Part shown: piece by piece, positions 50,520 through 64,000 of the stretch | Layout: each line of letters opens with the position of its first letter | Position numbering within the stretch: the first letter of the stretch is position 1 | Assembly (NCBI RefSeq): GCF_037042905.1 | Contig: NC_087245.1 | Span: forward strand, 25,670,001 to 25,734,000 | Origin: Lytechinus pictus | Taxonomy: Eukaryota | DNA: 64,000 bases | Reading direction: 5' to 3' | Position numbers and translations under genes: made by a program | The notes under the pieces: generated by a model | Database searches by the model: none | What the model was told of the DNA's origin: nothing | The model's input: the letters and a program-made list of their open reading frames with translations, nothing else

Positions 50520-50635
50520 ATTATTGATATTTTTATTATTATTTTTATCATTATCATTATTATAATTATCATTATTAATTATTATTATCATCATCATCAT
50601 CACAATCATCTTCAACATCATCGTTATTATTATTT
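50520..50635 (+). repeat. (ATT/ATC)n microsatellite
   Basis: Visible imperfect trinucleotide repeat. Confidence 0.85.
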
Positions 50636-51833
50636 ATCGGTTTAAATTTTCCCTTTATTCGTATACGTCACTCAGTATTCTCTCCCACTGATTTTTAAAA
50701 TTGTTTGTTTTTGCCATCACTCACCTTCCATTCATATTAACCTCTTTATGACTACGTCATATATCTCACTCGTCCCCATTTCCCCCTGTCTCTCTGCTTG
50801 CTTATTCCAGCACTTCCATCACTTTCTGCATTGTATACAATTCCTCATCCCAATTTCCCTCTAAGCAGGGAGTGAGGAAGGAGACTGAACCCCACTGTCA
50901 TATCAAACAATCATAATCGATTCCGACCGATTGCATCTCATTGGTGATAACGCAAAAGCTTTGATCGATATAGGGTGGGTGTCACCAGTGTGGCAGCGGC
51001 ACGAGGAATGAATGATGTTTTTATCTCACTCTCAAGATAATATAGGTGATTAAATTTCCATTTCACGCGAACATGAGCAGAATCAATAGTCCAAACGAAC
51101 ATCAATGAAATAAACCACGTCGCGAATTTGGGTTTTTATATCGATTTGCAGAGCCAAGCAGATGCCTCGATGACCGCAGGATGAATTATTTTAGAACAGA
51201 AATCACATTAAAGTCGCAGTGAATTCGTCTAGAAGTCAGGGAACTATCATAAAAAAATACTAAAAGTGATTACTAACCAACAAAAAAATCATATATTATG
51301 TCACTATCGTAAGCTGGACAGAAATATGGCAAGACAAAGGGTGCAATGCCCAATTATTTACATCAAAACGTAAATATTTGTCTGGGGGAAAACAGAGAAA
51401 AGAAGAATAGAAATAAATACAGAAAGAAATAAAGGATGGAAAGGAAAGAAGAAAACAAAATTACAAAAAGAAAGAAAGAAAGAAAGAAAGAAAAATATGT
51501 ATGAAAACTGCCAGATCTGTGGGTTTTTGTTTTTTTCGTTTGGTGCTCTACCATGTCTACTAATAAAAATCTATACTTTCTAATCACATCAAATAGTTCT
51601 CGCATAATTTCTTATATATTTTTTTTTCCACCAAGTTTTTTCATAATACAATTTTTCTGAATTTATTAACATAAAATTGTCGTACCCAGCTTTATTGTGA
51701 TTCAAATTCACATACCTTTGTAATAACGGGTTTTCATATTATAGGACATTGATGTAAAACAGCAATTTAGCTGATCTTTTTATCCTGAATAAATATTTTC
51801 TAATAAATAAATAAATAAATAAATAGGTTGTCT

Positions 51834-51870
<37 letters not shown>

Positions 51871-52469
51871 GGGGGGGGGTGGGGTTGGTTTGGGTAATGT
51901 GTGCTTTGAGTGTGCAGGTGTAGGGATGTTTGTGTATCTAATAGGGGTTACCTTGTATATTTTGTATATTTCTACCCTCATGTCTGGTCTATTTGAATAT
52001 ATACTGATCCAGAATTAAATACTGATGATTATTTTGTTACCCGTAAGTACTATAAGCAGTCTGAGTTTTATTCTATTTTTGATTAAATTCCAGGCTTTAC
52101 ACTTATCCATTTTAACGAAAGAAGTCTTCATAAAAACTTTGGCGCCATTGCAGATTTAGGAAGAGGGAAAGAGCTACGTCTATCTGGCGCTGCACATTGG
52201 CTGCTGGGCCCACGATCAATTGGGCGAAAGACTTTACGGAGTATCTTCATTTCAGATTTAATTTCGATCAGTAAAATATGGATTTTCATTTCATTTTTCT
52301 ATATATCCTTAAACATCTTATTTCAAATATTACACCGATTACTTAGGTATACATTTGTAATTCAAATAGAATGGAAGTTCTTGGGGCGGTGTGGCGCTAT
52401 TTGTGAAAGAAAATCTCGAATTTCAAGTAAAAAGTGATATTTCATTTCGACAGTAATCATGGTAATGTA

Positions 52470-53500
52470 GAGAGAGAGTTTGTGAATTTGTTCATTATTT
52501 TTTTATTATCTCATAATTTTGGATTTTGTTTATGAAAGCGTTATCTACCGGAAATCAAATTCTAACATCCATGCATGCATACCGAAAGTTTTATAGTAAT
52601 ATGCTTGATATCTTGAGTAAGGAAAGGAGAACTATATCTATAGCTGGTGATTTTTAATAATGATATTTTGAAATAGTCTCATCCTAGTGTTACTAGTACT
52701 GTTATGAGTTTGAATTCATCTGGGGTTTCCCCTGCTATCTCTATTCCCACACGTGTAACATTCGATACAGAAACACTTATTGATAATGGCCCGTATTCTG
52801 AAGTCGGGTTTAACTTAAACTCAGGTTTAACGTTGTGGTTTAAGTATGGATAGCCAATTGTTACATAAATCACTAACGGTAGAGATATCATATTTAAGCC
52901 CATTTGGCTCTCAAATCATTCATAATTGTCTAAGAAGTATAAATAGATGATTTTTCTTCACCATCGATGAATCAGGAAAGAGCACAGTAAACATAAGAAA
53001 AATACAGCGTAATAAAATGTTTGATACTTTTGGCTTCCCATAATTTTAGCACAGAGTTAGACCATGGTCTAAGTTAACCCTGACTTCAGAATACGGGCCA
53101 ATGTGTTTACTAAGGTTCTTGATTTAAGATATTATTCTGAAACTATTTCTGTTGACATTACTGACTATTTACCAATATGTTTTATTTGACCAGTTGTAAA
53201 TAAAGGTTCTAAGTTTAAAGCAAAGCCTTATACTTATAGGAATATTAACGAATAAAAAAATAATACAAGTATAACTTTTACAAACTAATTGGGTCTGTTT
53301 TATTTATTGACAACAAATTGTGTGAATTCGCATTTTAACACATTTACTCATATTTCGACAAGGATATATAATAAACACCTTCCTATGATTAAAAACAAAG
53401 AAATAAAAATAAACCACGAATTTTAAAGCCCTGGATATTACTTTTATTGCACTGTATCAAACCAAGAAAGTACTATATGAAAGGTTTTTGTGTTTAATAC
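52470..53500 (+). mobile_element. Decayed LINE (CR1/L2/Crack group) APE endonuclease region
   Basis: Frameshifted motifs VIYR (52540), IAGDF(N) (~52639-52657), PTRVT..TETLIDN|VFT, DITDYLPI (SDHLP equivalent), then IYNKHLP and KPWI. Confidence 0.8.
52788..53099. mobile_element. PIF/Harbinger-like MITE with 3-bp AAT TSD, inserted in the LINE
   Basis: TIR GGCCCGTATTCTGAAGTC / GACTTCAGAATACGGGCC; AAT at 52785-52787 and 53100-53102. Confidence 0.9.
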
Positions 53501-56500
53501 TTCTGCTTCTACTTAAGGAAAAAAATAGGAATAAAGTTAACAATTAATCCAAAGGGTCATATAATATGACTTTCACATATGTTATATTTTGTAAATATCT
53601 TTTTATCGAAATGAACTAAATAAAGGCAACCGTGCTCAGTATGGACACGCTCTACCGCCTATTAACCATATTAATCTAACTAATGAGATTACGCATTATC
53701 GTGCGCGCGTTAAAGGTCTAGTCCACCCCTTGACAAACATAAACAAGCACATCTGTAAAATACTGAAATTTTCATTAAAATCTGATGTAAAATAAAAAAG
53801 TTATGACATTCAAATTTTCTTCTCCCTCTCTTTTACACACATACACACAAAAGAGCTACATGTACATCATTGGCAGTTTGCGAATGAAGGGGGGGGGGGC
53901 TGGTCCACGATGTCTTGGTCTGTAATCATGACTTTTTAGTGAGACTTAACCTTTTGTGGAAGACCACTATGGATATTAAATCGTCTTAAAGAGTACCTCG
54001 AATCTTGAATTAAACCTATATGTAAAATATAATAACACTATCATGGGCCATGTATGCGTGTCTGAAATCGTTGACCATAAAGTGAATAATCTTTCATTAT
54101 TTTGATAAAAAAAAACCACTCAAGATAATGGTTTACGCAAAGCAAGTATTATTACCCGATCTTTCAATAAAATTAATATATCAACTCAAGATATAAAATC
54201 TCGAATGAATTAAACTAAACAATATTACCAACCTGATTGACCATGGTGCAGTCTTTCTGTTGTAAAAACATAATTGTATGGTAGCTTCGCCATGAAAATT
54301 ATACAATTTATTATCATTCCCACCAGGCTTGGGTAAAAATGGAAAGCGATATTTACATTTATAGCAGATATAAACCCGCAGCCATCTCAAGTCATTAACT
54401 GCCGAAATCTGGCCAAGTTACTAACCCATAATACAACATTCTTAGCAACGTAGTCTTGTAATTTAGGTCCAGTGGAAAAAAAAACCAGACTAGTTCTTTA
54501 CTCGATCAATTTATACCGCAATGATTATGTTGCCAAGTAAGTAAAACAGTACTTTCCTCTCAAAACTATTTAGTTTCTATCTACAAACAAAAATGTAGGC
54601 TAATTCATTCTATTTTTATAAAGTCATCTCAAAATGGTATATTTCAAGACTAGCTGTTTATAACACATAGTGAAAGAAAGAGACCGCCCCCTTCTCTTGA
54701 TTGGAATTATCAGTTAATATCGAGGGACGCTTTACTCTACAACGCCGGGGTATTCATTCGACTTTGGAGGATATTGAATAATCTCCATAAGCACACATTA
54801 ACCTATGGGTTGTGAACCTTGTGCGGAAAGCTTGAAATAATCATAAATCAAACCGATGAAACAGATGATGATCTCCTTTAGCATTAAAAAACACTTGGGC
54901 ATGGTGTAACTATCATGATTTGACCTTCACGATTAGATACATCTCTCTCTTAAAAACACACACCAAAAAAAACACGGCAATATTATCTGAAAATAACATA
55001 TACAAAAATATTTAGATTAGGATAATTAGGCCACATTACTCTGGGTTGATGATATCACCCCCTATTCGAGTCTTCTTTCATGATACTAGGCCATGTAGGA
55101 GGTGATTGGAAAATTGAAATAACTTCGTTAAAGAAAATTGATCTAATAAGCATCAATGATGCTAGCAAACGTGTGTACTGAACGGGTATACCAGATCAGT
55201 ATTCGGAATATAAACAGAAAAGGATTGCAGAAGGGGAATGCATTTTAATGATTGCAAAGATGGCATGGGGAGTATTTGACTTGGAATTATTGAAAATATT
55301 GATTAAATATCTATATATGGGTCTATTGTTATGATGTAAGAGAAGACTATAAATGTTGTTTGTAACAGTTATGGACATGCCCAGAATCCAGATGGCTTTA
55401 TAAGTGAATTATCCGGCTCGTAAAGTCTATTAGGCAAATTACTTAACGTAGAGTAATAAATCTTGTGTTACAAAAATACTTGAGCGAGTACCGTCATCCC
55501 CCGAAATATTCTACATTGGATGGATGTCAAACTATTATGTTGTAATCTTTCCACATCTTCGGACATTGTGAAGAGTATCTTCATATCTTATGAAGATGAT
55601 CGCAGGTGGATTGTTGTCGTTCATTATACTGTATATTATGCTGATACCCTAAATATTAATGAATGTTTGCTTTGGCATGATTATCACGGCGGGAAAGGAT
55701 GTAGATCGATTGCACTTCCTAGTTCATAATGGGTTCTTTCTGCAAATAAATGTTGGGCAACGTATTTTGCATTGGCGGCGATCAAAGGTTTGGCGGGTTA
55801 GTGTGCCCCCCCCCCTCTTCACCAGTGGCTAGGACGATCTTAAGAAATCGTCCCGTCTTTCGTCTTCATTCCTGAATAGAAATGTGATAATAAAGCTATA
55901 ACTACGAATAGCCTTAACACGTAACAGTAACGCTCTTTTATGAAAACAAGAGTAAAGTATGTCTGGTTGCGACTGACAATTACATTGCGGGGGGGGGGTC
56001 GCGATTATTTGACATGACTTTCTTATAAGATTACTGTTTTATCGGGTTCATTGTTGTTCAGAAGAACGTACAACGTGTACCTCAGATTCTAATAAAGTTC
56101 ACTGAAATTGTATAAATAGGAATCGAGCGATTTTGAACCGTTGGAAAGAAATCGGGCCGGGGTAGTGATAAAGGATCTGTTTCCTGATATCGCATGAAAA
56201 TAAGTTCAATATTTCTATGGTATTGCTATCCAACAGCAGTTATAAATGTACTGAAAGCTTACTCCAAAGAACAGGTTGCATAACGTTATTCTAATTTAAT
56301 TTATTAAATGAGAAGTTCTCGACATCTTTGAATATTTGATATAACAAAATGTTTGAAATTGGACAATGCGTTATCGACAATGAGTTATCGCGGTTTTCCC
56401 ATGTCATCTAGCAGTTACATTGATCAAAAGACTCATATTCTCTCTCATGATTAAAAACTGTAATATATTTTCTCGAAAAAGGACAACGCCATAAACATAA

Positions 56501-57145
56501 TAAAGTAGCAACATGACAAGCACATATCCACAAAAAAACTCTAAGGCTAATCACTGTAAAGAAATTCAAGTAACAGAAGTAAACGAAAATATTAGCGATG
56601 AAGGATCTACATCAAAGAAGTTATAGAAAAAACATTTTAAGAGTGTGGTCTCATTTCATGTGCTGTAGCAAGGTCCGAGTTAAGATTTACTTGAAAATTG
56701 CAAAATATACAAATAATCAGATACATGAATTTGATTCAACGGTTCCCAATCAAGCGGCGCTGAATATAACTTCAAATCTTAACATATGTTCATGTCAGTG
56801 TTCATAGTTTATATGTGGCAAATGGAAATCATAGCAATTCTATTTGTGTTTTTTTTTTCTTTGACAATCGGATCCAAGTTAGATCGTACGGTGTGTGGTT
56901 TTTTTTCTTGATTTCATTATCCTATCAGCCAAAGTGTTAAAATGTACATAATTGGGGACAGGAAATAAGAAACACTATCGGCCGATGCCCGAGGATAGCC
57001 GCGCGCAGACCAAGAAGGACTCATCACTAACTTGTGGTTATGGACACCAAACGGTCTATATACTGATGTAAAGCTTATTGATGTAGAGATCTGTTAAATT
57101 TGGACTATGATAATATCAGACTGATGTAATATTTCAATTGAGCGG

Positions 57146-57631
57146 AGAAGAAGATGAAGAAGGAGAAGAAGAAGAAGAAGAAGGAGGAGGAGAAAAAGAA
57201 GAAAGAGGAGGAGGAGAAAAAGAAGGAGAAGGAGAAGAAGAACAAGAATAAGATGAAGAACAAGAATAAGATGAAGAAGAACAAGAATAACAAGAACAAG
57301 AAGAAAAAGAAGAAGGAGAAGAATAAACAAAATAAAAAGAAAAGAAGACGGAGGAGGACGAGGAGATGATGATGAAGAAGAATGACAAGATCAAGAACAA
57401 GAAGAAAGAGAAGAGGTAGAAGAAGAAGATTATGATGATGAAGAAGAAACAACATGAATAATAACAAGATGAAAAAGAAGAAGTAGACGGAGAAGCAGAA
57501 ACAGAAGAAGAAAAAAGAAGAGAAAGAAGACTGAGAAGGAAGAAGAAAAATGAGAAGAATATAATAAGAATAAGGAGGAGGAGGAGAAAAAAAAAGAAGA
57601 AAAAGAAGAAGAGCAAGAAGAAGAAGAAGAC
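57146..57631 (+). repeat. ~490-bp imperfect (GAA/GAG/AAC)n trinucleotide tract
   Basis: Visible; the plus-strand frames are broken by TGA/TAA codons. Confidence 0.92.
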
Positions 57632-58080
57632 AAATGTGTACCGGACAGTAATGTAAGTATTGAATTGCTCAAAGCGTCTTATGAAAAAAAAAGATTAAAA
57701 AGAGACAGAAGAAAAAGAATAAGAAACTGATTAAGAGGCAGGGGAAGAAATATAGGGGATCTGTTGCAAATAAACAAAAACTCTCGCAAAAAACAAATCG
57801 TGCCATTTGAAAAGCTCTGCCAAAACACAGAAAATTGCCAAAGTTTTTCTCTTACGCAACAGGATCAAGCATTGCAAGCGAGCGAAAAGGGAGAGGGGAC
57901 TCGCGTGAGTGCGCATGTGTAAGTCGTATTGTGTGTGTGTGTGTGTGTCTGTGTCTGTGAGTGTGCGTCTAAGGGCGTGTGTGTGCGCGCAAGACATCTA
58001 GAAAGAGAGGGTGAGGTGGTCAATCAGAGGGTTGGAAGGAGACTATGGCAAGGTGTGATACATTTGCATCTGATAACAAG

Positions 58081-58274
58081 CATTCTTGAAATGTTGGGCA
58101 ACATACTGTCCACATAACATTGGTTAAAAAAATTATCCAACTCTGGGAATTTTTCAACCGATACTGTGTAGTTTTCACCCAAAGCACAAATTATTGGTTT
58201 AAAACTACCCAGAATTGGATAAGTTTTAACCAATTGCTGTGTGGACAGTATGTTGCCAAATATTTTTTAGAGTG
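58081..58274. mobile_element. Fold-back MITE (CACTCT-ended family)
   Basis: Inverted repeats GGCAACATACTGTCCACA..ATTGGTTAAAA..TTATCCAA.TCTGGG; right end TTTTTAGAGTG. Confidence 0.8.
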
Positions 58275-60696
58275 TGTGTGTGTGTAGGTGGGGAATGCAC
58301 ACGTGCGTCGGGGTGTTATGATTTTAACAATACTTGCGCACTAGTGAACTAACCACGGAATCTTGGAAAAGAGTGGATGGAAATATAAATCAGAAGATAT
58401 ATGGAAGAAGAAAAGAGAGAAAGAGGAGAGAGAGAGAGGGGAAGGGAGAAGGATAATGTACATGTAGTAGGAAAAAGAAAGAAAGATCTGATTTGGAAGA
58501 AGCGGGGGGGGGGGGGGCTATGGAAATTTCAGAGGGAAGAGAGAATTAGGGTAGCCGTAGTCGTAAAGCGAGATATGGAAACAGAGATCAATACAGAGAG
58601 ATCTGAGCCGCTGGGGATGAAAAGCTTTTTTGAAGAAATCTACAAATTCAAGAATTTCAAACATCGGTAAAGAAGAAGTATGAAATGTGTCACCTTCCAA
58701 AGTGATCTAGACCAGTATTAAGAGGTATCGTTGCTATCACTTCCAGTGGGTTTATTTCTGCCCCATGGCATATATATCTATGACAAGAATATATATGTTA
58801 AATCCGCCTGTTACAAAAAAGGTCGCATCAGAAGTTGAAACGAGTGTATATAAAATCAGGTGTAGGATGATATTCGAACATTTATGACTCGATCGATATA
58901 AAACAGCCATCAGCCCATCACCGGTTGAATCATCAATGCGTTTTTCATTACCTGTCCATACACTCTGATTCATATAAAGTAACAAGAAACAATTGAAGTG
59001 GATGGAAAGAAAATGTCGCTTGGTCTGATGTCATGCAGTCCGGTGGCATAAAGTCTGACATCATTTTGTGGCCATTTAGCCAGAACCACAGTAAGATAGT
59101 CATGTAAGATTTTTTTAAAAGAACAAAACTGATCTCGCACAGTGTGCATCGAATCACGATGTAAAATCTCGTGTCGTCATCTTGTCCAGTCCTGGCCACC
59201 AACCTCAAAACCACGATAAGCTGGCCCTAGTTAATTTTCAAAAAAAAAAGGAATTATTTGAAAGATAAGATCTTAAGCTTTAGAATAGTAATACATAACT
59301 TGTAATAAAAAAAAAAAAACAATCAAAAAATTAATACCATATAGGTCCTTCATTCATTTCAGAAGATTTAGAGATTAAACGAACTCTGATGTTCGAGGTC
59401 GCCTTTGGTCTATTACTAAACTTTGTTCAATATACTTAAAGCCCTCAGATTATAATTTGTTTTTCATTCACGTCTCGTCAACGATTCAGAGTGCATGTAC
59501 AACCAATAACCGATTTGTTGAATACTGTTTTAGTGTAATAGACATTTACTTTTATATCACTAATATATGCAGCCCGTCAAATGAAAATTCACTTTGGCCC
59601 ATACATCATGCCTCTGATCGTTCTCATATAATTTCGTCTGATGGCCAAATTAATCCAATTACATTACGGTATCATTGTAAATTTCGTCTTATTTTAATAT
59701 GAAAACAATAGCCAATAATATTTAGGATTTTTTTTTTAATTTGACCTAACTGCCCTCCGTTTTCATTTCTTAGACACTTTCCTCCACTGTTTTCTGCCTT
59801 TCTTTAATATTCTTTTCGGACGAAATCCAACAACAGTTTCCGAAGGAGAATCGCACACTCCTCTCTCTCTCTCTCTCTCTTCCCACTCTCTTTCCCCCAT
59901 CTCTCGTCTATATTTTCTTCTCAATATTATTTAATTTATATTCTTTGATTGTCATTGTTCCTCATTGTTTCTCTTTTTGGGGGGCCTTTTTTATGGCTAC
60001 GACAAATTTGACTTGATGTTCATTTCACCAAATAGACATTAATAGACCAAATGTGACTCGTCACGTAAAAAGTATAGACTAATACCCGCCCATATTCCTC
60101 ACAAAAAAATTGCTTCAAAATCGATCTTTCTTTACAATGTATTTTCTAATGCACAAATTACTTTCTAGTGCATGGAAAATAGATCACACCCTTTATCCAA
60201 TGGTTCTCATCCTTTAATTTGTTTCATTTAAATTGAAATAAAAAAATAGATCTATACATGATCTCTTTTACGAATTCTAATACATACTATCTTATCTATT
60301 CTTGTGCTTCATTCTCGAGCGATATTTAACCCGCTCCTTTCAACCTTCCGCCGGGTTTTTTTTTTGATGAGGCAGCAAGGCGAGGTCAGAATTTTATGAT
60401 CTTATGAATATTCATGACGTATTGGCCAGGGAGTATTCCTCGCCCGTTTCTAGTGTTTGTGTTAAACTTTCATTGAAACCCATATAAACACATATCAATT
60501 TAGCCAAGTTAAAATGATCAACATACACAGTCATGTTGGATGAAAGTTAAACGAGTTACGATACTGCATCAAAATATATCAAGGTTGTAACTGTAGGACT
60601 TGCATAGTTAAAACGTGACAATGATATGAATAATTTTTTGTTTTTTTGCTTATATCACATGCAAGTTACTAGTTACAAGGACTTATCAATCATTAA

Positions 60697-61841
60697 AGGA
60701 CAAGTCCACCCCAACAAAAAAAATGATCTGAAATCCAACAAGCATAACACGTTTTCATACGTTATATAGTCCAAAACACGGTTGCGTCCACGCTCACTTT
60801 CATTTAAAAGACGTTTCACAACGCCGATGGTAAACTTATAAAAAGGTACGCTTCAAAACGTCGCTTGACCAGAATCAGGGTTTCTTGGGAAGTACAGAAC
60901 CACGATCGTACACGTGTTTGAATAACGTCATTTGGTACATGCTTCCGGTGAGATGAGAATCCGCGGGCAAATACAGTCGAATGGTTCTATCAGGGACTTA
61001 CCTCCACGGAATTACCTCTCATCTCCTTGGTTCTAATCATGACCAATGTACATTTGCATGTGTGATTATTAAGTTAAGTACTATCACTAATACTACTCAT
61101 CTAATTTGTCATCACGATGTATGTTGAGGGATTTACACACAAACAAAACGGAACATAAGTTATGGTGAGGAGACATCGCTGAGCCAGAAGCCTCAGTAGC
61201 ATGAACTAATAGGTGTCTTATTATTTTCTTACGAATACTTTAATATTCTTTGTTTTGTCTTATTATTATCCTCACCATGGTGGATATTCTATGACTATGT
61301 CAAGTATAGCTCCATGCAATTACTTAAAGACCGGAAATTGTTCGAAGTTTCAATAACAGTCGACCATATAACACTCGCAAAAAAAACTTCGAAAAATCTG
61401 AAAAAAGAGCATAAAAAGCACTCCCAGAAACACGTTTGCAATCGGCGATCTGAAACGACGTTTGAAAACGCTGATTCTGTCTCCGCAATGGAAGCAAAAA
61501 CACACTAGACAATGTTAATTTTCGCTTGATTTCACAAATCAGTTATATTCACATCCTGGTCTGTATGCATATGATGACATCACCAACTCAATATTTTTTT
61601 TGTATTTTATCATATGAAGTATGAAATATTTTAATTTTCTCCTCATTTTCATGTGGAACAAAGTTTTATTCCTCCCTAGACATGTAGAACATTTTATGGT
61701 TCAGTCAGGTTGATCCACATTGTCAAATCTGTAAACAAAAATGAAAAAATAAGAAAAAAAATAGTGAGTGAGGGACATCATCAACTCTCTCATTTGCATA
61801 TCATTGAGTTGTGCACATAAATGTTTTCTAAAAAAATAAGC
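60697..61841. mobile_element. Kolobok-like copy (28790 family) interrupted by ~760 bp of unrelated sequence
   Basis: Left end TTAA-AGGACAAGTCCACCCCAACAAAAA to ~60750; family sequence resumes at ~61512 (TTTTCGCTTGATTTCACAAATCAGTTATATTCACATCCT). Confidence 0.65.
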
Positions 61842-62224
61842 ATCTTTGAACAAAATCTAGATTCGTTCTTTATGCGAGGAAGTTTACAGTAGCTAATAAT
61901 TGACGTCACAAAAACAAATAATTTCTTCCTTGGAAAAAAAAATCAAGGGTCCCTCTTAACTTATGTTCGATCGATATTCCCATAATAATCATATTAGATT
62001 TTTTATGAAATCCAAATAGCATAAAATACAAAATACAAAACCGATACAAAGACTTTGACGGTACTGAGCTAGTGACTATACGACTTACGAGATAGTCTTT
62101 CAGTGATTGCGCAATTGGCCCGTTGGCGTTAAACTGTTGCCTAGGTATCTCATTGTAGAACACGCTATGTTCATAACTACTGCTGATTGCGAACCTTTTC
62201 TCTACGTACGTAAAATTGTTACCA

Positions 62225-62445
62225 CCACGAGGGTAATTATGTGTCCAACCAATTTTGGGCAGTATTTTACCCAATACGGAAAGCACATTGTCCGGTAAGG
62301 TAAAAAAAATAAGCAGCAATTACTTTAGAATGGACACAATTTTCATCACACTGGATAAATGAAAATGCCCAAAAGAAATGCCCAATGTTGGTTGGACTCA
62401 TAATTACCCTCATGGAGCACTTTTACCCAATATTTTTTTCGAGTG
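62225..62445. mobile_element. Truncated fold-back MITE (CACTC-ended)
   Basis: Inverted pair CCACGAGGGTAATTATGTGTCCAACCAA / TTGGTTGGACTCATAATTACCCTCATGG; right end TTTTTCGAGTG followed by TA. Confidence 0.7.
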
Positions 62446-63269
62446 TAGTGAACACATTGTTTTAATTGATTTTAACAGTGTAGCCGCATATGAGAAAATG
62501 GAAGTGCCTGAATATTCTAACATTAATATGTTTAAAAAAAAAAACTACAGGACAAATCGGCGCCCTGGGCGGGGTCGTGCGGGCGCAGGACAAATTGGTG
62601 AAATACGGGACTGTCCCTAAAAAAACGGAAAGTCTGATCACCCTGACCTACATTGCGTACTAGTATATTAGACTGCCTGGACGCAAAAAAAACTGTGCTG
62701 TGACCCACAGACATGAACTTATGGTACCTTATTAACTCAGCCTACCCGCTTTGCCTGCCCTCTGAAGTTCACAATAGCCATAATGTCGTTTGAATCAAAT
62801 TAAAAATGATAAAGAGAATATTTTAACGACTTCCTATGTTCTTCTTTTATCAAAAGAAGAAAACCCCAAGGTTTTAATACAGCAAAATAGTGGAAGAATT
62901 GTGTGTATTATTAAGAATGACGTTGAAAGGGAATATATAATTGGTACGAAGATAAGCCAAATGAAAATAAACAAAGATTGTATACAAACAAGGACTCTGT
63001 CAGTCACTTTTTTCTGACTTATTTCTTTCCTATATTGTTTTGATTAGCCATGCAACCGATGGGGGGGGGAAGTAGTGAGTGGGGGTAAACTGGGGGTGTG
63101 AGCTTTATCTGTCTCGTATTACTCGTGCTATCTTTTGAGCTCACAGGTTTCACACGTATCGGGTGTTCTCCAAATATTTGATCCGTTTTTACCTCAAAGA
63201 CATTTTGAATATAGCGATCATGATCTTTCCAAAGGTGGTGGGAATGCATTAGGCCTACAGAAGTGAATG

Positions 63270-63335
63270 ACAGAAAGAAATAGATAGAGAAAAAAGATAA
63301 AAGGGAACAGGAGAGAAAAAAGATAAAAGGGAACA

Positions 63336-63382
<47 letters not shown>

Positions 63383-63470
63383 GGGAGAGAGGGGGTAGAA
63401 AATGAAATAGAGTGAAAGAGATGGAAAGAATAATAAAATACATTGAAAGGGGGGGAGAGAGGGATATAGA
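63270..63470 (+). repeat. Purine-rich tract with a 26-bp tandem duplication and (GA)n
   Basis: GAGAAAAAAGATAAAAGGGAACAGGA occurs twice, then (GA)n at ~63340-63380. Confidence 0.85.
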
Positions 63471-64000
63471 TATGATACGGGGCACGAGGGAAATATTTGT
63501 ATGGACAAGAAATGGGGTTGGTGGCTCTTAGAAGATGTATTATCAGGCACTTTCCAACAGCTTAACAGGATTATATTTCAAATTTTCAAAGCCAAATTAG
63601 TCTTTTTTGCAGAGAGTCTAACGTCATAGCGAAAGTAAACGCAGCGCAAGATCAACCGTGTGATCCAATTTTCGAACAATAGAAGGTAAATAGGGGGCGG
63701 GGGTGTTCATTGTGAGGAGCCAATATCAGATTTAACTCGTCCGGGGGAAAGGATCTATACGATTGGATTCACACGGATGGGTTTGGCTACATTGAAGGAT
63801 TGTTATTTCGTGAAAGATAAATTTATACCATTTTTCTCGATAAGAGTTTTGTTATGCCGTCCGTTTTGATCTTACCATTTTAGCATTTTCAAACATTTTT
63901 CTTGGCAACTTTCCAAGATGAACGATCACTTGTAAGCATTGGGGGCGTTGCGAGAAAATAATAACAGTTGATTGAAAATTTATGTTGTGAACTTACAAGT

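Noticed and set aside
57094..57672. Long poly-K/E/F/S/L ORFs on both strands
   Set aside because: Translations of a GAA-type microsatellite; no domain and no credible splice context.
1..64000. CRISPR arrays, operons or other prokaryotic systems
   Set aside because: The sequence is intron-containing animal DNA; no regularly spaced repeat-spacer array is present.

Overview
AT-rich eukaryotic (animal) genomic DNA. The repeat complement suggests an invertebrate deuterostome, probably a sea urchin (inference). One spliced gene dominates the window: the 5' part of a VWDE-like gene (von Willebrand factor D and EGF domain-containing protein) on the minus strand. I reconstructed 13 coding exons from 37692 down to 1522, all with GT-AG introns and matching phases. 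They total 1772 nt (590 codons + 2 nt) and encode a signal peptide, a UMOD/GP2-type D8C Cys-rich domain, a linker region and a VWD domain; the gene runs off the left edge. I found no credible coding exon in ~38-64 kb. Introns and the upstream region hold many non-autonomous DNA transposons (TTAA/Kolobok-like, PIF/Harbinger-like, Tc1-like, hAT-like, CACT-ended), decayed LINE fragments, tRNA-derived SINEs and microsatellites. Almost all ORFs in the supplied track are spurious or only overlap exons. I see no new multi-gene system. The best oddities are a probable P-element excision footprint, a bZIP/E-box motif cluster in intron 1, a symmetric 60-nt exon, a templated 128-bp insertion and several nested insertions.
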